Below, piece after piece: positions 52,801-64,000 of a DNA stretch of 64,000 nucleotides; position 1 is the stretch's first letter, and each line of letters opens with the position of its first letter. Location: NCBI GenBank assembly GCA_964658305.1, contig OZ210885.1, positions 16,306,001 through 16,370,000 of the forward strand. Direction: 5' to 3'. The position numbers and the translations under genes are program-made. Under the pieces are notes generated by a model that worked only from the letters and a program-made list of their open reading frames with translations, did not search any database and was not told the DNA's origin. Origin of the DNA: Leptogorgia sarmentosa. Lineage: Eukaryota.

Positions 52801-55800
52801 AGCCTAGGTGGGCAAAGTTAGTACTTGGATGGGTGACTACCTGCGAATACTTTGTGTTGTAGACTTGCTTCATTTTATTGTATGTGTGTTTGTAAATATA
52901 ATTCCTTTCAATCTCAACTTCAGGGTTTTGTTATTGTTACACGTTTAAAAAGTGTAACTTCCATCAATAAATGTCTACGACCATACCACTAGGAAAATAC
53001 CGGTTCTCGTCTGATCACCGAAGTTAAGCCTAGGTGGGTAAAGTTAGCAGTTGGATGGGTGACCACCTGGGAATACTTTGCGTTGTAGACTTGCTTCATT
53101 TTGTTGTATGTGTGTTTGTAAGTAGGTTTGCTTTCAATTTCAACTTCAGGGTTTTGTTATTGTTACACGTTTAAAAAGTGTAACTTCCATCAACAAATGT
53201 CTACGACCATACCAGTAGGAAAATACCGGTTCTCGTCTGATCACCGAAGTTAAGCCTAGGTGGGGAAAGTTAGTACTTGGATGGGTGACTACCTGGGAAT
53301 ACTTTGTGTTGTAGACTTGCTTCATTTTATTGTTTGTGTGTTTGTAAATAGGTTTGCTTTCAATTTCAACTTCAGGGTTTTGTTATTGTTACACGTTTAA
53401 AAAGTGTAACTTCCATCAACACATGTCTACGACCATACCAGTAGGAAAATACCGGTTCTCGTCTGATCACCGAAGTTAACCCTAGGTGGGCAAAGTTAGT
53501 ACTTGGATGGGTGACCACCTGGGAATACTTTGTGTTGTAGACTTGCTTCATTTTGTTGTATGTGTGTTTGTAAGTAGGTTTGCTTTCAATTTCAACTTCA
53601 GGGTTTTGTTATTGTTACACGTTTAAAAAGTGTAACTTCCATCAACAAATGTCTACGACCATACCAGTAGGAAAATACCGGTTCTCGTCTGATCACCGAA
53701 GTTAGGCCTAGGTGGGAAAAGTTAGTACTTGGATGGGTGACCACCTGGGAATACTTTGTGTTGTAGACTTGCTCCATTTTATTGTATGTGTGTTTGTAAA
53801 TAGGTTTGCTTTCAATGTAAACTTCAGGGATTTTGTTATTGCTACATCTGGAAATACTTTGTATTGTTGTTTTGCTAAATGTTATTTAATCCCTATTTGT
53901 AAATATAATTCCTTTCAATTTCAACTTCAGGGTTCTGTTATTGTTACACGTTTAAAAAGTGTAACTTCCATCAACAAATGCCTACGACCGTACGAGTAGG
54001 AAAATACCGGTTCTTGTCTGATCACCGAAGTTAAGCCTAGGTGGGTAAAGTTAGCAGTTGGATGGGTGACCACCTGGGAATACTTTGCGTTGTAGACTTG
54101 CTTCATTTTGTTGTATGTGTGTTTGTAAGTAGGTTTGCTTTCAATTTCAACTTCAGGGTTTTGTTATTGTTACACGTTTAAAAAGTGTAACTTCCATCAA
54201 CAAATGTCTACGACCATACCAGTAGGAAAATACCGGTTCTCGTCTGATCACCGAAGTTAAGCCTAGGTGGGCAAAGTTAGTACTTGGATGGGTGACCACC
54301 TGGGAATACTTTGTGTTGTAGACTTGCTTCATTTTGTTGTATGTGTGTTTGTAAGTAGGTTTGCTTTCAATTTCAACTTCAGGGTTTTGTTATTGTTACA
54401 CGTTTAAAAAGTGTAACTTCCATCAACAAATGTCTACGACCATACCAGTAGGAAAATACCGGTTCTCGTCTGATCACCGAAGTTAAGCCTAGGTGGGCAA
54501 AGTTAGTACTTGGATGGGTGACTACCTGGGAATACTTTGTGTTGTAGACTTGCTTCATTTTATTGTATGTGTGTTTGTAAATAGGTTTGCTTTCAATTTC
54601 AACTTCAGGGTTTTGTTATTAATACACACGTTTAAAAAGTGTAACTTCCATCAACAAATGTCTACAACCATACCAGTAGGAAAATACCGGTTCTCGTCTG
54701 ATCACCGAAGTTAGGCCTAGGTGGGAAAAGTTAGTACTTGGATGGGTGACCACCTGGGAATACTTTGTGTTGTAGACTTGCTTCATTTTATTGTATGTGT
54801 GTTTGTAAATAGGTTTGCTTTCAATTTCAACTTCAGGGATTTTGTTATTGCTACATCTGGAAATACTTTGTATTGTTGTTTTGCTAAATGTTATTTAATG
54901 CCTATTTGTAAATATAATTCCTTTCAACTTCAACTTCAGGGTTTTGTTATTGTTACACGTTTAAAAAGTGTAACTTCCATCAACAAGTGTCTACAACCAT
55001 ACCAGTAGGAAAATACCGATTCTCGTCTGATCACCGAAGTTAAGCCTAGGTGGGCAAAGTTAGTAGTTGGATGGGTGACCACCTGGGAATACTTTGTGTT
55101 GTAGACTTGCTTCATTTTGTTGTATGTGTGTTTGTAAGTAGGTTTGCTTTCAATTTCAACTTCAGGGTTTTGTTATTGTTACACGTTTAAAAAGTGTAAC
55201 TTCCATCAATAAATGTCTACGACCATACCAGTAGGAAAATACCGGTTCTCGTCTCATCACCGAAGTTAGGCCTAGGTGGGAAAAGTTAGTACTTGGATGG
55301 GTGACCACCTGGGAATACTTTGTGTTGAAGACTTGCTTCATTTTATTGTATGTGTGTTTGTAAATAGGTTTGCTTTCAATTTCAACTTCAGGGATTTTGT
55401 TATTGCTACATCTGGAAATATTTTGTATTGTTGTTTTGCTAAATGTTATTTAATGCCTATTTGTAAATATAATTCCTTTCAACTTCAACTTCAGGGTTTT
55501 GTTATTGTTACACGTTTAAAAAGTGTAACTTCCATCAACAAATGTCTACGACCATACCAGTAGGAAAATACCGGTTCTCGTTTGATCACCGAAGTTAAGC
55601 CTAGGTGGGCAAAGTTAGTACTTGGATGGGTGACCACCTGGGAATACTTTGTGTTGTAGACTTGCTTCATTTTATTGTATGTGTGTTTGTAAATAGGTTT
55701 GCTTTCAATGTAAACTTCAGGGATTTTGTTATTGCTACATCTGGAAATACTTTGTATTGTTGTTTTCCTAAATGTTATTTAATGCCTATTTGTAAATATA

Positions 55801-57105
55801 ATTCCTTTCAATTTCAACTTCAGGGTTTTGTTATTGTTACACATTTAAAAAGTGTAACTTGCATCAACAAATGTCTACGACCGTACGAGTAGGAAAATAC
55901 CGGTTCTCGTCTGATCACCGAAGTTAAGCCTAGGTGGGCAAAGTTAGTACTTGGATGGGTGACTACCTGCGAATACTTTGTGTTGTAGACTTGCTTCATT
56001 TTATTGTATGTGTGTTTGTAAATATAATTCCTTTCAATCTCAACTTCAGGGTTTTGTTATTGTTACACGTTTAAAAAGTGTAACTTCCATCAATAAATGT
56101 CTACGACCATACCACTAGGAAAATACCGGTTCTCGTCTGATCACCGAAGTTAAGCCTAGGTGGGTAAAGTTAGCAGTTGGATGGGTGACCACCTGGGAAT
56201 ACTTTGCGTTGTAGACTTGCTTCATTTTGTTGTATGTGTGTTTGTAAGTAGGTTTGCTTTCAATTTCAACTTCAGGGTTTTGTTATTGTTACACGTTTAA
56301 AAAGTGTAACTTCCATCAACAAATGTCTACGACCATACCAGTAGGAAAATACCGGTTCTCGTCTGATCACCGAAGTTAAGCCTAGGTGGGGAAAGTTAGT
56401 ACTTGGATGGGTGACTACCTGGGAATACTTTGTGTTGTAGACTTGCTTCATTTTATTGTTTGTGTGTTTGTAAATAGGTTTGCTTTCAATTTCAACTTCA
56501 GGGTTTTGTTATTGTTACACGTTTAAAAAGTGTAACTTCCATCAACACATGTCTACGACCATACCAGTAGGAAAATACCGGTTCTCGTCTGATCACCGAA
56601 GTTAACCCTAGGTGGGCAAAGTTAGTACTTGGATGGGTGACCACCTGGGAATACTTTGTGTTGTAGACTTGCTTCATTTTGTTGTATGTGTGTTTGTAAG
56701 TAGGTTTGCTTTCAATTTCAACTTCAGGGTTTTGTTATTGTTACACGTTTAAAAAGTGTAACTTCCATCAACAAATGTCTACGACCATACCAGTAGGAAA
56801 ATACCGGTTCTCGTCTGATCACCGAAGTTAGGCCTAGGTGGGAAAAGTTAGTACTTGGATGGGTGACCACCTGGGAATACTTTGTGTTGTAGACTTGCTC
56901 CATTTTATTGTATGTGTGTTTGTAAATAGGTTTGCTTTCAATGTAAACTTCAGGGATTTTGTTATTGCTACATCTGGAAATACTTTGTATTGTTGTTTTG
57001 CTAAATGTTATTTAATCCCTATTTGTAAATATAATTCCTTTCAATTTCAACTTCAGGGTTCTGTTATTGTTACACGTTTAAAAAGTGTAACTTCCATCAA
57101 CAAAT
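49830..57105 (+). repeat. Higher-order repeat, 3126-bp period (12 monomers: 4 long, 7 short, one 228-bp), ~2.3 copies; bounds approximate
   Basis: ORF starts 50586/53712/56838, 51595/54721, 52479/55605; private variants TTAACCCTAG, CAACACATG, GGGTAAAGTTAGCAG. Confidence 0.9.
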
Positions 57106-57331
57106 GTCTACGACCATACCAGTAGGAAAATACCGGTTCTCGTCTGATCACCGAAGTTAGGCCTAGGTGGGAAAAGTTAGTACTTGGATGGGTGACCACC
57201 TGGGAATACTTTGTGTTGTAGACTTGCTTCATTTTATTGTATGTGTGTTTGTAAATAGGTTTGCTTTCAATTTCAACTTCAGGGTTTTGTTATTGTTACA
57301 CGTTTAAAAAGTGTAACTTCCATCAACAAAT

Positions 57332-57462
57332 GTCTACCACCATACCAGTGGGAAAATACCGGTTCTCGTCTGATCACCGAAGTAAAGCCTAGGTAAAGCC
57401 TAGGTGGGCAAAGTTAGTACTTGGATGGGTGACCACCTGGGAATACTTTGTGTTGTAGACTT
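57332..57462 (+). pseudogene. 5S copy with an 11-bp tandem duplication in the A box/helix II (131 nt)
   Basis: GTAAAGCCTAG twice (57382-57392, 57393-57403); unit length 237; also G7C, A19G. Confidence 0.85.
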
Positions 57463-60400
57463 GCTTCATTTTATTGTATGTGTGTTTGTAAGTAGGTTTG
57501 CTTTCAATTTCAACTTCAGGGTTTTGTTATTGTTACACGTTTAAAAAGTGTAAGTTCCATCAACAAATGTTTACGACCATACCAGTAGGAAAATACCGGT
57601 TCTCGTCTGATCACCGAAGTTAAGCCTAGGTGGGCAAAGTTAGTACTTGGATGGGTGACGACCTGGGAATACTTTGTGTTGTAGACTTGCTTCATTTTAT
57701 TGTATGTGTGTTTGTAAATAGGTTTGCTTTCAATTTCAACTTCAGGGTTTTGTTATTGTTACACATTTAAAAAGTGTAACTTCCATCAACAATTGTCTAC
57801 GACCATACCAGTAGGAAAATACCGGTTCTCGTCTGATCACCGAAGTTAAGCCTAGGTGGGCAAAGTTAGTACTTGGATGGGTGACTACCTGAGAATACTT
57901 TGTGTTGTAGACTTGCTTCATTTTATTGTATGTGTCTTTGTAAATATAATTCCTTTCAATTTCAACTTCAGGGTTTTGTTATTGTTACACGTTTAAAAAG
58001 TGTAACTTCCATCAACAAATGTCTACGACCATACCACTAGGAAAATACCAGTTCTCGTCTGATCACCGAAGTTAAGCTTAGGTGGGAAAAGTTAGTACTT
58101 GGATGGGTGACCACCTGGGAATACTTTGTGTTGTAGATTTGCTTCATTTTATTGTATGTGTGTTTTTAAATAGGTTTGCTTTCAATTTCAACTTCAGGGT
58201 TTTGTTATTGTTACACGTTTAAAAAGTGTTACTTCCATCAACAATTGTCTACGACCATACCAGTAGGAAAATACCGGTTCTTGTCTGATCACCGAAGTTA
58301 AGCCTAGGTGGGCAAAGTTAGGACTTGGATGGGTGACCACCTGGGAATACTTTGTCTTGTAGACTTGCTTCATTTTATTGTATGTGTGTTTGTAAATAGG
58401 TTTGCTTTCAATGTAAACTTCAGGGATTTTGTTATTGCTACATCTGGAAATACTTTGTATTGTTGTTTTCCTAAATGTTATTTAATGCCTATTTGTAAAT
58501 ATAATTCCTTTCAATTTCAACTTCAGGGTTTTGTTGTTGTTACACATTTAAAAAGTGTAACTTCCATCAACAAATGTCTACGACCGTACGAGTAGGAAAA
58601 TACCGGTTCTCGTCTGATCACCGAAGTTAAGCCTAGGTGGGCAACGTTAGTAGTTGGATGGGTGACCACCTGGTAATACTTTTTGTTGTAGACTTGCTTC
58701 ATTTTATTGTATGTGTGTTTGTAAATAGGTTTCTTTTCAATTTCTATTTCAGGGTTTTGTTATTGTTACACGTTTAAAAAGTGTTACTTCCATCAACAAT
58801 TGTCTACGATGATACCAGTAGGAAAATACCGGTTCTCGTCTGATCACCGAAGTTAAGCCTAGGTGGGAAAAGTTAGTACTTGGATGGGTGACCACCTGGG
58901 AATACTTTGTGTTGTAGACTTCCTTCATTTTATTGTATGTGTGTTTGTAAATAGGTTTGCTTTCAATTTCTATTTCAGGGTTTTGTTATTGTTACACGTT
59001 TGAAAAGTGTTACTTCCATCAACAAATGTCTATGATGATACCAGTAGGAAAATACCGGTTCTCGTCTGATCACCGAAGTTAAGCCTAGGTGGGCAAAGTT
59101 AGTACTTGGATGGGTGACCACCTGGGAATACTTTGTGTTGTAGACTTGCTTCATTTTATTGTATGTGTGTTTGTAAATAGGTTTGCTTTCAATGTAAACT
59201 TCAGGGATTTTGTTATTGCTACATCTGGAAATACTTTGTATTGTTGTTTTCCTAAATGTTATTTAATGCCTATTTGTAAATATAATTCCTTTCAATTTCA
59301 ACTTCAGGGTTTTGTTATTGTTACACATTTAAAAAGTGTAACTTGCATCAACAAATGTCTGCGACTGTACGAGTAGGAAAATACCGGTTCTCGTCTGATC
59401 ACCGAAGTTAAGCCTAGGTGGGCAAAGTTAGTACTTGGATGGGTGACTACCTGCGAATACTTTGTGTTGTAGACTTGCTTCATTTTATTGTATGTGTGTT
59501 TGTAAATATAATTCCTTTCAATCTCAACTTCAGGGTTTTGTTATTGTTTCACGTTTAAAAAGTGTAACTTCCATCAATAAATGTCTACGACCATACCACT
59601 AGGAAAATACCGGTTCTCGTCTGATCACCGAAGTTAGGCCTAGGTGGGCAAAGTTAGTACTTGGATGGGTGACCACCTGGGAATACTTTGTGTTGTAGAC
59701 TTGCTTCATTTTATTGTATGTGTGTTTGTAAATAGGTTTGCTTTCAATGTAAACTTCAGGGATTTTGTTATTGCTACATCTGGAAATACTTTGTATTGTT
59801 GTTTTGCTAAATGTTATTTAATCCCTATTTGTAAATATAATTCCTTTCAATTTCAACTTCAGGGTTTTGTTATTGTTACACGTTTAAAAAGTGTTACTTC
59901 CATCAACAATTGTCTATGATGATACCAGTAGGAAAATACCGGTTCTCGTCTGATCACCGAAGTTAAGCCTAGGTGGGCAAAGTTAGTACTTGGATGGGTG
60001 ACTACCTGGGAATACTTTGTGTTGTAGACTTGCTTCATTTTATTGTATGTGTGTTTGTAAATAGGTTTCCTTTCAATTTCTATTTCAGGGTTTTGTTATT
60101 GTTACACGTTTGAAAAGTGTTACTTCCATCAACAATTGTCTATGATGATACCAGTAGGAAAATACCGGTTCTCGTCTGATCACCGAAGTTAAGCCTAGGT
60201 GGGCAAAGTTAGTACTTGGATGGGTGACTACCTGGGAATACTTTGTGTTGTAGACTTGCTTCATTTTATTGTATGTGTGTTTGTAAATAGGTTTGCTTTC
60301 AATTTCAACTTCAGGGTTTTGTTATTAATACACACGTTTAAAAAGTGTAACTTCCATCAACAAATGTCTACAACCATACCAGTAGGAAAATACCGGTTCT

Positions 60401-63400
60401 CGTCTGATCACCGAAGTTAGGCCTAGGTGGGAAAAGTTAGTACTTGGATGGGTGACCACCTGGGAATACTTTGTGTTGTAGACTTGCTTCATTTTATTGT
60501 ATGTGTGTTTGTAAATAGGTTTGCTTTCAATTTCAACTTCAGGGTTTTGTTATTGTTACACGTTTAAAAAGTGTAAGTTCCATCAAGAAATGTCTACGAC
60601 CATACCAGTAGGAAAATACCGGTTCTCGTCTGATCACCGAAGTTAAGCCTAGGTGGGCAAAGTTAGTACTTGGATGGGTGACTACCTGGGAATACTTTGT
60701 GTTGTAGACTTGCTTCATTTTATTGTATGTGTGTTTGTAAATAGGTTTGCTTTCAATTTCAACTTCAGGGTTTTGTTATTGTTACACGTTTAAAAAGTGT
60801 AACTTCCATCAACAAATGTCTACGACCATACCAGTAGGAAAATACCGGTTCTCGTCTGATCACCGAAGTTAGGCCTAGGTGGGAAAAGTTAGTACTTGGA
60901 TGGGTGACCACCTGGGAATACTTTGTGTTGTAGACTTGCTTCATTTTATTGTATGTGTGTTTGTAAATAGGTTTGCTTTCAATTTCAACTTCAGGGATTT
61001 TGTTATTGCTACATCTGGAAATATTTTGTATTGTTGTTTTGCTAAATGTTATTTAATGCCTATTTGTAAATATAATTCCTTTCAACTTCAACTTCACGGT
61101 TTTATTATTGTTACACGTTTAAAAAGTGTAACTTCCATCAACAAGTGTCTACGACCATACCAGTAGGAAAATACCGGTTCTCGTCTGATCACCGAAGTTA
61201 AGCCTAGGTGGGAAAAGTTAGTACTTGGATGGGTGACCACCTGGGAATACTTTGTGTTGTAGACTTGCTTCATTTTATTGTATGTGTGTTTGTAAATAGG
61301 TTTGCTTTCAATTTCAACTTCAGGGTTTTGTTATTGTTACACGTTTAAAAAGTGTAACTTCCATCAACAAATGTCTACGACCATACCAGTAGGAAAATAC
61401 CGGTTCTCGTCTGATCACCGAAGTTAAGCCTAGGTGGGCAAAGTTAGTACTTGGATGGGTGACCACCTGGGAATACTTTGTGTTGTAGACTTGCTTCATT
61501 TTATTGTATGTGTGTTTGTAAATAGGTTTGCTTTCAATATAAACTTCAGGGATTTTGTTATTGCTACATCTGGAAATACTTTGTATTGTTGTTTTGCTAA
61601 ATTTTATTTAATGCCTATTTGTAAATATAATTCCTTTCAATTTCAACTTCAGGGTTTTGTTATTAATACACACGTTTAAAAAGTGTAACTTCCATCAACA
61701 AATGTCTACAACCATACCAGTAGGAAAATACCGGTTCTCGTCTGATCACCAAAGTTAGGCCTAGGTGGGAAAAGTTAGTACTTGGATGGGTGACCACCTG
61801 GGAATACTTTGTGTTGTAGACTTGCTTCATTTTATTGTATGTGTGTTTGTAAATAGGTTTGCTTTCAATTTCAACTTCAGGGTTTTGTTATTGTTACACG
61901 TTTAAAAAGTGTAACTTCCATCAACAAATGTCTACCACCATACCAGTAGGAAAATACCGGTTCTCGTCTGATCACCGAAGTAAAGCCTAGGTGGGCAAAG
62001 TTAGTACTTGGATGGGTGACCACCTGGGAATACTTTGTGTTGTAGACTTGCTTCATTTTATTGTATGTGTGTTTGTAAGTAGGTTTGCTTTCAATTTCAA
62101 CTTCAGGGTTTTGTTATTGTCACACGTTTAAAAAGTGTAAGTTCCATCAACAAATGTCTACGACCATACCAGTAGGAAAATACCGGTTCTCGTCTGATCA
62201 CCGAAGTTAAGCCTAGGTGGGCAAAGTTAGTACTTGGATGGGTGACCACCTGGGAATACTTTGTGTTGTAGACTTGATTGATTTTATTGTATGTGTGTTT
62301 GTAAATAGGTTTGCTTTCAATTTCAACTTCAGGGTTTTGTTATTGTTACACGTTTAAAAAGTGTAACTTCCATCAACAAATGTCTACGACCATACCAGTA
62401 GGAAAATACCGGTTCTCGTCTGATCACCGAAGTTAAGCCTAGGTGGGCAAAGTTAGTACTTGGATGGGTGACTACCTGGGAATACTTTATGTTGTAGACT
62501 TGCTTCATTTTATTGTATGTGTGTTTGTAAATAGGTTTGCTTTCAATTTCAACTTCAGGGTTTTGTTATTGTTACACGTTTAAAAAGTGTAACTTCCATC
62601 AACAAATGTCTACGACCATACCAGTAGGAAAATACCGGTTCTCGTCTGATCACCGAAGTTAAGCCTAGGTGGGAAAAGTAAGTACTTGGATGGGTGACCA
62701 CCTGGGAATACTTTGTGTTGTAGACTTGCTTCATTTTATTGTATGTGTGTTTGTAAATAGGTTTGCTTTCAATGTAAACTTCAGGGATTTTGTTATTGCT
62801 ACATCTGGAAATACTTTGTATTGTTGTTTTCCTAAATGTTATTTAATGCCTATTTGTAAATATAATTCCTTTCAATTTCAACTTCAGGGTTTTGTTATTG
62901 TTACACATTTAAAAAGTGTAACTTGCATCAACAAATGTCTACGACCGTACGAGTAGGAAAATACCGGTTCTCGTCTGATCACCGAAGTTAAGCCTAGGTG
63001 GGCAAAGTTAGTACTTGGATGGGTGACTACCTGCAAATACTTTGTGTTGTAGACTTGCTTCATTTTATTGTATGTGTGTTTGTAAATAGGTTTGCTTTCA
63101 ATTTCAACTTCAGGGTTTTGTTATTGTTACACGTTTAAAAAGTGTAACTTCCATCAACAAATGTCTACGACCATACCAGTAGGAAAATACCGGTTCTCGT
63201 CTGATCACCGAAGTTAAGCCTAGCTGGGCAAAGTTAGTACTTGGATGGGTGACCACCTGGGAATACTTTGTGTTGTAGACTTGCTTCATTTTATTGTATG
63301 TGTGTTATTAAATAGGTTTGCTTTCAATGTAAACTTCAGGGATTTTGTTATTGCTACATCTGGAAATACTTTGTATTGTTGTTTTCCTAAATGTTATTTA

Positions 63401-63943
63401 ATGCCTATTTGTAAATATAATTCCTTTCAATTTCAACTTCAGGGTTTTGTTATTGTTACACATTTAAAAAGTGTAACTTGCATCAACAAATGTCTACAAC
63501 CGTACGAGTAGGAAAATACCGGTTCTCGTCTGATCACAGAAGTTAAGCCTAGGTGGGCAAAGTTAGTACTTGGATGGGTGACTACCTGCGAATACTTTGT
63601 GTTGTAGACTTGCTTCATTTTATTGTATGTGTGTTTGTAAATATAATTCCTTTCAATCTCAACTTCAGGGTTTTGTTATTGTTACACGTTTAAAAAGTGT
63701 AACTTCCATCAATAAATGTCTACGACCATACCACTAGGAAAATACCGGTTCTCGTCTGATCACCGAAGTTAAGCGTAGATGGGAAAAGTTAGTACTTGGA
63801 TGGGTGACCACCTGGGAATACTTTGTGTTGTAGATTTGCTTCATTTTATTGTATGTGTGTTTTTAAATAGGTTTGCTTTCAATTTCAACTTCAGGGTTTT
63901 GTTATTGTTACACGTTTAAAAAGTGTAACTTCCATCAACAAAT

Positions 63944-64000
63944 GTCTACGACCATACCAGTAGGAAAATACCGGTTCTCGTCTGATCACCGAAGTTAGGC
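63944..64000 (+). rRNA. 5S rRNA gene, partial (positions 1-57), cut by window edge
   Basis: GTCTACGACC...GAAGTTAGGC at the window end. Confidence 0.95.

Larger units (their letters stand above)
1..64000 (+). repeat. Tandem 5S rDNA array: about 245 full-length genes in 226-bp and 329-bp units, all in one orientation, running off both window ends
   Basis: Gene start GTCTACGACC recurs at 145, 371, 700, 926, 1152, 1378 ... 63944 with spacings of 226 or 329. Manual tally: 66x329 + 179x226 + 6x182 + 3x171 + 26 bp net small indels = 63799 = 63944-145. Confidence 0.98.

Noticed and set aside
1..64000. CRISPR array or other prokaryotic repeat system
   Set aside because: Spacers are not unique, units are 226/329 bp, there are no cas genes, and the conserved part is a eukaryotic-type 5S gene.
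1..64000. Species or phylum assignment
   Set aside because: The sequence is invertebrate-metazoan-like rather than vertebrate or plant, but finer placement needs a database search.

Overview
The entire 64-kb window is one head-to-tail tandem array of eukaryotic (invertebrate-like metazoan) 5S rRNA genes, all on the + strand. Each 120-nt gene is followed by a 106-bp spacer (226-bp unit) or a 209-bp spacer (329-bp unit). A manual length tally that closes exactly between gene starts 145 and 63944 gives about 245 full-length genes (179 short, 66 long units), three 5'-truncated pseudogenes, six gene-less units and one partial gene at the right edge. The extra 103 bp of the long spacer is an old, gap-free, ~76%-identical relic of a deleted 5S unit. 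Variant monomers are arranged in nested higher-order repeats (452, 1959, 2299, 3126, 4539 and 5238 bp, plus dispersed copies at 4699, 15472 and 22002 bp offsets). The consensus gene folds as 5S but has a G.G mismatch in helix II, its T4 terminator is displaced downstream, and many copies carry structure-breaking variants. No real protein-coding genes, transposons or CRISPR arrays are supported; the ORF track is an artefact of the repeat.
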